From positions 4,530 to 68,529 of the forward strand of contig JAZQYP010000034.1 of the NCBI GenBank assembly GCA_045633625.1: DNA of 64,000 bases, written 5' to 3'. The notes under the pieces were generated by a model, which searched no databases, was not told the origin of the DNA, and worked only from the letters and a program-made list of their open reading frames with translations. Origin of the DNA: Eubacteriales bacterium. GTDB taxonomy: Bacteria > Bacillota > Clostridia > Oscillospirales > CAG-272. Positions 51,704 through 60,625 of the stretch are shown one piece after another. The stretch's first letter is position 1, and every line of letters begins with the position of its first letter. Position numbers and translations under genes: made by a program.

Positions 51704-53359
51704 ATGGCAAACTCTCTTAAGAAAAATGCTTTTGCTGGCGTTAAGGGCCCCGTCCTCACTATCGTTATGGACGGTGTAGGAATTGCTCCCGAGATAGAGT
51801 CTAACGCAGTTTACAGCGCATACACACCCACGCTTGATATGCTTATGGCGAAGTACCCCACAGTCAAGCTCAAGGCTCACGGAACGGCAGTAGGTCTTCC
51901 CTCTGACGACGATATGGGTAACTCTGAGGTCGGACATAACGCTCTCGGCGCCGGTCAGGTCTTCGCACAGGGCGCAAAGCTTGTTTCTCAGTCTATCGAG
52001 TCGGGCAAAATGTTCGCAAGCAACACTTGGTGCGAGCTTATCTCTAACGTAAAGAGCAACGGCAGCACCCTTCACTTCCTCGGACTTTTCTCTGACGGAA
52101 ACGTTCACTCTCACATCGATCACCTCAAGGCTATGCTTAAGCAGGCTAAAGCTGATGGTGTCGCAAAGGTTCGCGTTCACATCCTTATCGACGGACGTGA
52201 CGTTGGTGAGACAAGTGCACTTGATTACATCGAGCCTTTCGAGGCATTTATCGCAGAGCTCCGCGCTCCCGAGTTTGACGTTAAGATCGCATCGGGCGGC
52301 GGAAGAATGAAGATAACAATGGACAGATATGAGGCTAACTGGGCAATGGTTGACCTCGGATGGAAGACTCACGTTCTCGGCGAGGGCAGACAGTTCGCGT
52401 CGGCTGCTGAGGCAGTTAAGACGTACCGCGATGAGCTTCACGTCATCGACCAGGATCTTCCCCCCTTCGTTATTGCAGAGGACGGCAAGGCAGTCGGTAC
52501 AGTTGAGGATGGCGACAGCGTAATATTCTACAACTTCCGCGGAGACCGTTCCATTGAGATCTCCAAGGCATTTGACGCTCCCGCAGGTGAGTTTGATAAA
52601 TTTGACAGAGTTCGCGTTCCCGCAGTCGTTTATGCAGGTATGCTTGAGTACGACGGCGACCTTCATATCCCCAATAAGTACCTCGTTTCTCCTCCTGAGA
52701 TCACGAATACTATGAGTGAGTATCTTACAAATACAGGCGTAAACCAGCTTGCTATCTCCGAGACTCAGAAGTACGGTCACGTAACTTACTTCTGGAACGG
52801 AAACAAGTCGGGCAAGTTCTCCGAGGAGCTTGAGACATACATCGAGATCCCCTCTGACGTAGTTCCCTTTGAGCAAAGACCTTGGATGAAGTGCGCAGAG
52901 ATCACCGACAAGCTCATCGAGTGTCTTGAGTCGGGCGAGTACAAGTACCTCCGCGTAAACTTCCCGAATGGCGATATGGTCGGTCACACAGGCTCTCTCC
53001 TTGCAACAAGATGCTCTATGGAAGCGCTTGACCTTCAGCTCGCAAGAATCCTCGCTGTAGTTGACAAGCTCGAGGGTGTGGCTGTTATCACCGCTGACCA
53101 CGGAAACGCAGACGAGATGTGCGAGGTCGACAAGAAGGGCAACCTCAAGCTCGACAAGAACGGCAAGGCAAAGGCAAAGACGAGCCACACGCTCAACCCC
53201 GTTCCCTGCATCTTCTATGATAACTTCTATACCGATAAGTACACGGTAAAGGCTGACGAGGGACAGTTCGGTCTTTCTAACGTAGCCGCTACTATGGTAA
53301 ATCTTCTTGGCTACGAAGCACCCGAAATGTGGGACGAGAGCATTATTGAGGTTAAATAA
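51704..53359 (+). CDS. gpmI: 2,3-bisphosphoglycerate-independent phosphoglycerate mutase
   Basis: MGNSEVGH, DGNVHSH, NFRGDR, DMVGHTG, TADHGN. Confidence 0.97.
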   Translation: MANSLKKNAFAGVKGPVLTIVMDGVGIAPEIESNAVYSAYTPTLDMLMAKYPTVKLKAHGTAVGLPSDDDMGNSEVGHNALGAGQVFAQGAKLVSQSIESGKMFASNTWCELISNVKSNGSTLHFLGLFSDGNVHSHIDHLKAMLKQAKADGVAKVRVHILIDGRDVGETSALDYIEPFEAFIAELRAPEFDVKIASGGGRMKITMDRYEANWAMVDLGWKTHVLGEGRQFASAAEAVKTYRDELHVIDQDLPPFVIAEDGKAVGTVEDGDSVIFYNFRGDRSIEISKAFDAPAGEFDKFDRVRVPAVVYAGMLEYDGDLHIPNKYLVSPPEITNTMSEYLTNTGVNQLAISETQKYGHVTYFWNGNKSGKFSEELETYIEIPSDVVPFEQRPWMKCAEITDKLIECLESGEYKYLRVNFPNGDMVGHTGSLLATRCSMEALDLQLARILAVVDKLEGVAVITADHGNADEMCEVDKKGNLKLDKNGKAKAKTSHTLNPVPCIFYDNFYTDKYTVKADEGQFGLSNVAATMVNLLGYEAPEMWDESIIEVK

Positions 53360-53362
53360 GAC

Positions 53363-53397
53363 AAAAAAAGCGTTGCACCACGGTGCAACGCTTTTAT
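53363..53397. terminator. Bidirectional terminator shared by gpmI and the displaced tyrS tail
   Basis: AAAAAAAGCGTTGCACCACGGTGCAACGCTTTT. Confidence 0.85.
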
Positions 53398-53400
53398 TTT

Positions 53401-53490
53401 TTACTTAAGGATTACCTTCTTGAAGCTCTTCTTACCACGCTTGATAACGATTCCCGCCTTGAGCGCATCTGCTGTAAATGCTGCACGAAG
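53401..53490 (-). pseudogene. Displaced duplicate of the tyrS 3' end (29 codons plus stop)
   Basis: Translates [29 protein letters not shown]; 12 mismatches in 90 bp vs 57643-57732, 11 of them synonymous. Confidence 0.95.
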
Positions 53491-53520
53491 GTGGGGTCTA
53501 CTACATAATTTTATTTATAA

Positions 53521-54972
53521 TTACTTAAACCTTGCTATATCATGAACGAGCCATTCATATATAACATTAAAGTTTCTTTTTGCATAATCTATATTTTCTT
53601 GTGTAACATCACACTTGTATGAATTGGAATTATATTTATTGAGTGTTAAAGATATATTTGAAGAATAATTGATATCATCGCTTACAATAGTGTAATAACT
53701 ACCGTCTGCCCATTGATACTTAAATTCAAAGGTAAAGTTAGCAAAACCCTTTTTATGGTCATATATTCCATAAAAAGATTGTGTTCTTCTGTCCCCAACA
53801 CCCCAATAAAACTCTTCTGTATAGTAAATAAAACCGTCGCTTCCAATAGTAAATGTCTTCGCACTTATCAGCGGAGTTCCATCATCCGCAGCATCTTCCT
53901 CTGTCCACTCATAAACATATGCTATAGTTCCGTCATCTAATTCAACACGCTCACTTCTTCCAGTTTTCTCATGGTTCTTTGCTTCATTAAAGTAACCTAT
54001 AAAAGCTTTTTCCTCGCTATGAAATCTATCCTGAAGCGTAAGCAATTTAGATGTACCAGTAGTTTTGAGAAGGTTGCTGTAATTAAAAGCACTTATCGCA
54101 GCCCCACTTATAAATTCGTTATTGCGATCAGTCCACCCCAACGTTGTAATACCAATAACTTCTAAATTATCGTTAACTAAAATTCCTCCGCTACTTCCAG
54201 GTGCTATATAACTTGAGGAACATATATAAGAATTACCACTATAAAGTTTTTCGTAGAGATCACTCCAATTTTCTGTAATCTCCCCTTCGTTAATCATCAA
54301 ATCAGTAGACGAATGTGGATACCCAACAGAATATGTTTTATCTCCTACTTCATAATCCAAATTAAACGGAAATTCACGATAATATGACTTTATGCTTAAA
54401 TAATTATCAATTTTTCCAATGTATATATCCTTGTCAAGATGATAATAGATACCGCTATTAATATCAAAATATCTAAAAGACTCACCTGTTGAGCTATTCT
54501 CAATATTAAAAATAGCTTGCGCATAGTATGCCCCTTCCATAACATGAGCATTTGTAATAAACCAGCCATACTCATCAAACACAAAAGCGCTTCCTGTAGC
54601 TATGGGTGTTCCTCCCAAATCTTTAACCACAATCTGAAATACATTTCCAACAAAATATGAATTTTGTGGAATACGGCACGCTGTAAATTCGTTATTATTT
54701 TCCCCATCTATCCATTCAATATAATCCCATTTATCATTATCGGCAGGAAGAGGATAATAATCGGCGTCTACATTTTCGTTAAGCTGCTCCTCGTGCAATA
54801 ATGTACCATCGGCATCATACCAATAATAAATAGTTTGACTGCTCAAATTTGGCATTTTATTAATGTCATCAATAAAATTATCTTTCAAAAACGAAACAAC
54901 ATCGCAGGATACAAAAAACATTGCTACTATTAAAATCAATATTAATGTGCTTATTTTATACCTTTTCCCCAT
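53521..54972 (-). CDS. Trypsin-like (S1) serine protease lipoprotein
   Basis: Lipobox FVSC; TNAHV, KDI and PGSSGG catalytic motifs; own TTGACA-17-TATAAT promoter at 55045-55017. Confidence 0.85.
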   Translation of the reverse strand: MGKRYKISTLILILIVAMFFVSCDVVSFLKDNFIDDINKMPNLSSQTIYYWYDADGTLLHEEQLNENVDADYYPLPADNDKWDYIEWIDGENNNEFTACRIPQNSYFVGNVFQIVVKDLGGTPIATGSAFVFDEYGWFITNAHVMEGAYYAQAIFNIENSSTGESFRYFDINSGIYYHLDKDIYIGKIDNYLSIKSYYREFPFNLDYEVGDKTYSVGYPHSSTDLMINEGEITENWSDLYEKLYSGNSYICSSSYIAPGSSGGILVNDNLEVIGITTLGWTDRNNEFISGAAISAFNYSNLLKTTGTSKLLTLQDRFHSEEKAFIGYFNEAKNHEKTGRSERVELDDGTIAYVYEWTEEDAADDGTPLISAKTFTIGSDGFIYYTEEFYWGVGDRRTQSFYGIYDHKKGFANFTFEFKYQWADGSYYTIVSDDINYSSNISLTLNKYNSNSYKCDVTQENIDYAKRNFNVIYEWLVHDIARFK

Positions 54973-55069
54973 TTTCTCCCCCCGAAAAGCAAAATGCATA
55001 TTTGGCTTACCTCTTAATTATAGCATCATTTAATAAAATTGTCAAAACAAATAATAGTTTTTTAAAAAA

Positions 55070-55093
55070 GGCGGGAGCAAGCCCCCGCCCTAT
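55070..55093 (-). repeat. REP-like palindrome (ATAGGGCGGGGGCTTGCTCCCGCC)
   Basis: GTAG-like foot plus GC-rich imperfect hairpin with no U-tract directly attached on its 5' side; could instead be a terminator. Confidence 0.45.
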
Positions 55094-55148
55094 GTTATTG
55101 AATTGTTTGCACATTGAAAAAAACCACGGTGCAACGCTTTTGTTTTTC

Positions 55149-57623
55149 TTATTTTTGAAGTGCTTCGTCAAGGACCTCATAGCAAGCTTTTGCCATATAA
55201 TAGAATCCTGCGTCGTTGGGGTGGCAGTTGTCTATAGTATAAAGATCTGCCATCTCCTTAAACGGGAATATCTGATCTCCGCGTATAATGTAGACGTTCT
55301 TATCTCCGGCGGCAACTGCTTTATTATAGGTGTCCTCCACGATCCTTATTCGCTGAAGCTCTGCGGCGGACGGTGAGCTTCTGAAGATAGGACGGCTCAT
55401 CATCACTATCGGTATATCGGGATGTGCATCCCTTACAGTCTTATAGAAATTATAGTGATTTTCCGCAAGCTCCTCTACGGCACTGTTATAATCGTAATCG
55501 AGAACAAAGGCAGCCATATCGAGAGTGGCAATGTATTCTGCCATTATCTGCTCGCCGCGGGCAGATGACGCAAAGCCAAGATTTTTAGAGTCTGCATCAA
55601 GAAATCTTGATACGATGTTGGTGTAGATAAGTCCCGGTCTTGCCGCGCTGCAGCCCTGCGTTATCGAGGAACCGTAGAAAACGATCTGTCCGGTCTCTCT
55701 CTCTGTGGGCGCACATATCTTGGCATTGCTGTCAGAGAAGCCTATCGACACCTTGCTTACGCCCGAATAGGTCGGGAAATCTATCATTACCTCAACAAAA
55801 CCGCCGGGAAGCTTTATCTTCTCATAAAACCTCTTACCCGTCATATCCTGACCGGCCTCGCCACAATAAACTCTGTTGCTACCACTTCCGACGTAAACGT
55901 CAAAGCCGCCTACTCCGCGCGGGGAGAAATCGATCGAATTAAGAGTATCAGTGCTAAGCTCCGCGTTAAGATATATCTCCTCGGCGTTAGTAATAAACCT
56001 AAGTGTTACGCCGGGCGTTCTCTCAAAGAGGTAGGTATATCCTGCGGAATGAAGATTTGAGATAAATTCTTCCTTTCGCTCAATGTCTACTCTGAGATAC
56101 ATTCCGCCATTCTCAGAGGGCTTTTCAATACCGCCGAGAGAAAATTGGGGAGTTTCAACGCTAAGATAGGTAACCCCGTCCTTTATTAAATCAACGTATT
56201 TCTCATCAACATCGGATATTGCAACCGCAGAGCTTTCATCTATACTCAGATCATTGCTCTCGGGCACAAAATCTATAGGATCGAAAAGGCCGGGAAGTCT
56301 ATCGGTTCCACTCTTCTCGCTATCAGGCACAAACGCGCTGTTTATAACGTCATAAACAGCCGCGGCAAGATACTGCGCTCCCGTATCCGAAAGGGTCTCT
56401 GCGTCACCCGTATAAAGCTCAATGAGACCGCCCGTCATCGGGAAGACCTTGGCACCGTCAAGGAAGTAAATATTTTCGTCCCCCTCAGCGCGCGCTCTCT
56501 CGCAAGTAGCCTTGATTATCGCTGCCCTCTCTGCAGCCTCTTCGGGCGCAGTCATAGGAAGGATGGGATCGGACATTATTACCATTGGAACGTCGGGGTG
56601 TGCGTCTCTTACAGTCTTGTAAAAGTTATAATGGTTTGCACGAAGCTCGTCTACCGTGCTGTCAGAATCGTATTCCATGACAAACGCCGACATCTTCTCA
56701 AGCCCCGCGATATAGTCAGCCATTATCTGCTCGCCGTGCGCGCCCTCGTAAAAACCGAGATTTATGCAGTCTGCATTAAGCATACGGCAAACGGTATTTG
56801 CATACGTTGTGCCCGCCCTTGAAGATGACATTCCCTGCGTTATACCCGATCCGTAGAAAACGATGGGATCCATCGCTCTGTCTGTCGGAGGGGCGATAAG
56901 TACGTTAGCATTATCAAAGCCAATTTGAAATGACTTCAACGCCGCCATCTGAGGTAGATGTATAAGCACCTCACAGTAACCACCAGGAAGCGTTACCTTT
57001 TCACCATTTGAAACAGAAATAAGCGATTGCGCTACCGCCAAACCATACGTTCTGCTTGTTCCGGTTCCGATATAAAGATCAAAGCCCATCGTGCCTCTTT
57101 TTTCCGTGGTGTTTGAGTTGTACTGCATCATCTGCGTAGCCTTGATAGTTATAGATTTTGCGTTCGTGCAGAATCTAAGCGTAGCACCTGCAGTATGATA
57201 TGAAAATTTTGGCGCAATATCGTCCGAAATGAGTGCACTCTTGAATTCCTCAAGGCGCGTTCCGTCAAGGCGGTTAAGTATACCCCCGTTATTGTCGGGA
57301 TGGGCTATACCACCAAGCTCAAAGATAGGAGCGGTATAATCGATATACGTTATTTCGCCTTCTGTTGAGCTATACTTTTCATCAACTTGGGACACCTTAA
57401 CGTAATCGAGTGATGAAAGCTTTGTGTTATCACTTGTAGCTTTGAAAACAAATTCATCGGTCAACATAATTTCCTCGCAAAGTTCTTCAATTCCTGTATT
57501 TTCCGGTTCTTCGGTTTCGATATGATCAGACGTTTTATCGGTTTCTCCAATATTTTCGTCATTACACCCAAAGATACATAACATGGCAAGGAGCAAGGAA
57601 ACCATCGCTAAAAGCTTTTTCAT
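55149..57623 (-). CDS. Lipoprotein with tandem GxDLY + SGNH/GDSL hydrolase modules
   Basis: Lipobox IFGC; two repeats of GFD(L/V)Y, FYGS.ITQG and NLGF; DNCHPND only in module 2. Confidence 0.85.
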   Translation of the reverse strand: MKKLLAMVSLLLAMLCIFGCNDENIGETDKTSDHIETEEPENTGIEELCEEIMLTDEFVFKATSDNTKLSSLDYVKVSQVDEKYSSTEGEITYIDYTAPIFELGGIAHPDNNGGILNRLDGTRLEEFKSALISDDIAPKFSYHTAGATLRFCTNAKSITIKATQMMQYNSNTTEKRGTMGFDLYIGTGTSRTYGLAVAQSLISVSNGEKVTLPGGYCEVLIHLPQMAALKSFQIGFDNANVLIAPPTDRAMDPIVFYGSGITQGMSSSRAGTTYANTVCRMLNADCINLGFYEGAHGEQIMADYIAGLEKMSAFVMEYDSDSTVDELRANHYNFYKTVRDAHPDVPMVIMSDPILPMTAPEEAAERAAIIKATCERARAEGDENIYFLDGAKVFPMTGGLIELYTGDAETLSDTGAQYLAAAVYDVINSAFVPDSEKSGTDRLPGLFDPIDFVPESNDLSIDESSAVAISDVDEKYVDLIKDGVTYLSVETPQFSLGGIEKPSENGGMYLRVDIERKEEFISNLHSAGYTYLFERTPGVTLRFITNAEEIYLNAELSTDTLNSIDFSPRGVGGFDVYVGSGSNRVYCGEAGQDMTGKRFYEKIKLPGGFVEVMIDFPTYSGVSKVSIGFSDSNAKICAPTERETGQIVFYGSSITQGCSAARPGLIYTNIVSRFLDADSKNLGFASSARGEQIMAEYIATLDMAAFVLDYDYNSAVEELAENHYNFYKTVRDAHPDIPIVMMSRPIFRSSPSAAELQRIRIVEDTYNKAVAAGDKNVYIIRGDQIFPFKEMADLYTIDNCHPNDAGFYYMAKACYEVLDEALQK

Positions 57624-57642
57624 GGCGACCCCCATATACTAT

Positions 57643-58863
57643 TTATTTCAAAATTATCTTCTTAAAGCTCTTCTTTCCGCGCTTGATAACGATGCCCGCC
57701 TTGAGCGCGTCTGCTGTAAATGCTGCGCGGAGGTCGGTGATCTTCTCGCCGTCAACCGACACACCGCCCTGCTCTACTGCACGTCTTGCCTCGCTTCTCG
57801 AGGGAACGAGCTCGGACTTAACAAGGAGTGTAAGAATGTCAGCCGCACCGTCGGTAAGATCAGCGTCGCTGATCTCTGCTGTGGGGATCTCGGCATTAGC
57901 TCCCTGTGCGAAGAGTGCCTTAGCACTAGCCTCTGCCTTCTGCGCCTCTTCCTCGCCGTGAACAAGCTTTGTGAGCTCGTATGCGAGTATCTCTTTCGCG
58001 CGGTTGAGCTGTGCGCCCTCCCAAGCGTCCATCTTATCTATCTCCTCAAGAGGAAGGAATGTGAGCATTCTGATGCACTTGAGAACGTCGGCATCGCCCA
58101 CGTTTCTCCAGTACTGATAGAAGTCATAGGGTGTGGTCTTTGCGGGATCGAGCCATACTGCACCCGATGCCGTCTTACCCATCTTCTTGCCCTCGGAGTT
58201 GAGAAGGAGGGTTATAGTCATAGCGTGCGCGTCCTTGCCGAGCTTACGTCTGATAAGCTCTGTACCGCCAAGCATATTCGACCACTGGTCATCACCACCG
58301 AACTGGAGGTTACAGCCGTGTGTCTGGAAGAGACGGTAGAAGTCGTAGGACTGCATTATCATGTAGTTAAACTCAAGGAAGGAGAGTCCCTTCTCCATTC
58401 TCTGCTTGTAGCACTCTGCAGAAAGCATACGGTTAACCGAGAAGCAAGCTCCAACGTCACGAAGCACCTCTACGTAGTTGAGGTCGAGGAGCCAGTCTGC
58501 ATTGTTTACCATCTGCGCCTTGCCCTCGCCAAATTCAATAAAGCGCTCCATCTGCTTCTTGAAGCAGTCACAGTTGTGAGCGATAGTCTCCTTGGTCATC
58601 ATAGAACGCATATCGGTTCTGCCCGAGGGGTCGCCGACCATAGCCGTACCGCCACCGATAAGAGCTATAGGCTTGTTGCCCGCCATCTGAAGTCTCTTCA
58701 TAAGGCAAAGAGCCATAAAGTGACCTACGTGAAGGCTGTCAGCCGTGGGGTCAAAGCCAATGTAGAAGGTTGCCTTTCCCGCATTTATAAGATTTTTGAT
58801 CTCTTCTTCATTCGTCACCTGCGCGATAAGACCGCGCGCGACGAGTTCGTCATAAATTGTCAT
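57643..58863 (-). CDS. tyrS: Tyrosine--tRNA ligase
   Basis: [27 protein letters not shown]-terminal S4 domain; start set at MTIYDEL. Confidence 0.98.
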   Translation of the reverse strand: MTIYDELVARGLIAQVTNEEEIKNLINAGKATFYIGFDPTADSLHVGHFMALCLMKRLQMAGNKPIALIGGGTAMVGDPSGRTDMRSMMTKETIAHNCDCFKKQMERFIEFGEGKAQMVNNADWLLDLNYVEVLRDVGACFSVNRMLSAECYKQRMEKGLSFLEFNYMIMQSYDFYRLFQTHGCNLQFGGDDQWSNMLGGTELIRRKLGKDAHAMTITLLLNSEGKKMGKTASGAVWLDPAKTTPYDFYQYWRNVGDADVLKCIRMLTFLPLEEIDKMDAWEGAQLNRAKEILAYELTKLVHGEEEAQKAEASAKALFAQGANAEIPTAEISDADLTDGAADILTLLVKSELVPSRSEARRAVEQGGVSVDGEKITDLRAAFTADALKAGIVIKRGKKSFKKIILK

Positions 58864-58896
58864 AATGTTTGCCTCCAAACTATATTTATCCTTATA

Positions 58897-58925
58897 ATTA
58901 TAACCTATTGGCATTATTTTGTCAA
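58897..58925 (-). promoter_or_regulatory. sigmaA promoter of tyrS
   Basis: TTGACA-17-TATAAT ending 33 bp before the ATG. Confidence 0.75.
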
Positions 58926-58992
58926 TGGATAAAAAGTTTTTTATAAAATAAAACGCCGCACCATAGTGGTGCGGCAACATTGCATTTATGTA

Positions 58993-59379
58993 TCACTTTT
59001 CATAATAGCTAATTGGTATCATATTTCCCGATTGATCTCTTTCAAAAACAACAATGTATTCTTTGACGCCGAAGAATAATTCAACCGAGCTTTCGCCAAC
59101 TCTTGTCGTCGCTTCCATTCTTGTACATACTTTTGTTTCACCGTCATCGAGATAACCATACGAATAGCTGATCATATCAACTGTAAATTTGGCATCTTCA
59201 CTTATTGCTCCCTCGTACTGCAGCTCATTTTTTAGATATTCCACGGCTTGCGAGCTGATTTTTTCAAACTCGTCGTCATTAACTCTGTTTATCACAGATT
59301 TTAGAACTACCGAAAAGCTAAAAATTGATATGAGTACAGCTACGACGATAACTACAATCAAAATGGTCATATTTTTCAT
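58993..59379 (-). CDS. Hypothetical membrane-anchored protein
   Basis: AGGAG RBS, N-terminal hydrophobic helix, followed by a hairpin at 58953-58976. Confidence 0.7.
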   Translation of the reverse strand: MKNMTILIVVIVVAVLISIFSFSVVLKSVINRVNDDEFEKISSQAVEYLKNELQYEGAISEDAKFTVDMISYSYGYLDDGETKVCTRMEATTRVGESSVELFFGVKEYIVVFERDQSGNMIPISYYEK

Positions 59380-59500
59380 ACAGTTCTCCTATAAAATTGC
59401 TACTTTAATTATAACACCAAAGCGGCTTCAAGTCAACTATTTTCTTCTTTAACGAATATGAAATCGCTTGCTTGTCATATTCTCTCTTGAGGTGATTTTT

Positions 59501-60595
59501 ATAAAAAAGATAATGCTTATTTTCGGCACGAGGCCTGAGGCGATAAAGATGTGTCCGTTAGTGCTTGAGCTCAAAAAGCGGGTGGAGTTGGATGTCATAG
59601 TGTGTGTGACAGGTCAGCACAGAGAGCTACTTTCGGGTGTGCTTGACTTTTTCGGTATCTCTCCCGACTACGACCTTGCAGTTATGAAGGCGGGGCAAAC
59701 GCTCTCACACGTGACGTCCGAGGTGCTTTTGGCTCTCAAAGATATTCTCTGCCGTGAGCAGCCCGACGCTGTGCTTGTTCACGGTGACACAAGCACTGCG
59801 TTCTCAGCGACGCTCGCCGCATTTTATCAGCATATTCCCGTATATCACGTTGAGGCGGGGCTTCGCACACACAATATTCTCTCCCCCTTTCCCGAGGAAT
59901 TCAACCGTCGCGCAGTATCCCTTATGGCAAGCCACCATTTCGCACCGACCGAGCGGGCAAGGCAAAATCTTCTCTCCGAGGGGGTGCGCGACACCGACGT
60001 GACGGTTACGGGAAACACGGTGATCGATGCGCTCTCATACACGGTAAGAGAGGATTTTTCCCACCCCGAGCTTGCCTTTGCAGAGAGCAGACGGCTGATA
60101 CTTCTGACAATGCACCGACGCGAGAATATTGGCAACAATATGCGCTCGGTATTTCGCGCGGTAAGGCGCATTTGTGAGGAATACGATGACGTGCGAGTGC
60201 TCTTCCCTTGCCACCCGAACCCCGAGGTGAGACGTATTGCAAATGAAGAGCTTGGCTCTCTTGCGCGACTCCGTATCATAGAGCCGCTTGACACGCTTGA
60301 TTTTCACAACTTCCTCTCTCGCGCCTATTTAGTTCTCACCGACAGCGGAGGTATTCAAGAGGAAGCGCCCTCATTCTCCGTCCCCGTGCTTGTCCTGCGC
60401 GACACCACCGAGCGTCCCGAGGGACTCGCCGCAGGCACACTTATGCTTGTGGGAACGGATGAGGAAAACGTGTATGAATACACGAGGCTTTTACTTGATA
60501 ACAAAGAAGCCTACAAAAAAATGACAAGCACCGAAAATCCTTACGGTGACGGCAACGCGTGCCGAAGGATTGCCGACGTTATTGAGAGAATATAA
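59501..60595 (+). CDS. mnaA: UDP-N-acetylglucosamine 2-epimerase (non-hydrolysing)
   Basis: FGTRPEAIKM, TGQHR, HVEAGLR, TDSGGIQEEAP, NPYGDG; start ambiguous (ATA 59501 or ATG 59513). Confidence 0.93.
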   Translation: MKKIMLIFGTRPEAIKMCPLVLELKKRVELDVIVCVTGQHRELLSGVLDFFGISPDYDLAVMKAGQTLSHVTSEVLLALKDILCREQPDAVLVHGDTSTAFSATLAAFYQHIPVYHVEAGLRTHNILSPFPEEFNRRAVSLMASHHFAPTERARQNLLSEGVRDTDVTVTGNTVIDALSYTVREDFSHPELAFAESRRLILLTMHRRENIGNNMRSVFRAVRRICEEYDDVRVLFPCHPNPEVRRIANEELGSLARLRIIEPLDTLDFHNFLSRAYLVLTDSGGIQEEAPSFSVPVLVLRDTTERPEGLAAGTLMLVGTDEENVYEYTRLLLDNKEAYKKMTSTENPYGDGNACRRIADVIERI

Positions 60596-60622
60596 AAAAC
60601 CGCCGCGAATGCGGCGGGTTTT
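60594..60622. terminator. Bidirectional terminator
   Basis: AAAAAACCGCCGCGAATGCGGCGGGTTTT. Confidence 0.75.
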
Positions 60623-60625
60623 GTT

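Larger units (their letters stand above)
53491..57732. mobile_element. Putative 4.2-kb islet inserted in the tyrS 3' end; no integrase inside
   Basis: Flanked by tyrS tail direct repeats (offset 4242 bp); carries two accessory lipoproteins, one very AT-rich. Confidence 0.7.

Noticed and set aside
51698-53188. 496-aa minus-strand ORF
   Set aside because: Antisense shadow of gpmI.
738-57732. Diverged ~90-bp repeat pairs as DGR template/variable repeats
   Set aside because: Mismatches are not adenine-specific, are almost all synonymous, and no reverse transcriptase is present.
57583-58932. 449-aa plus-strand ORF
   Set aside because: Antisense shadow of tyrS.
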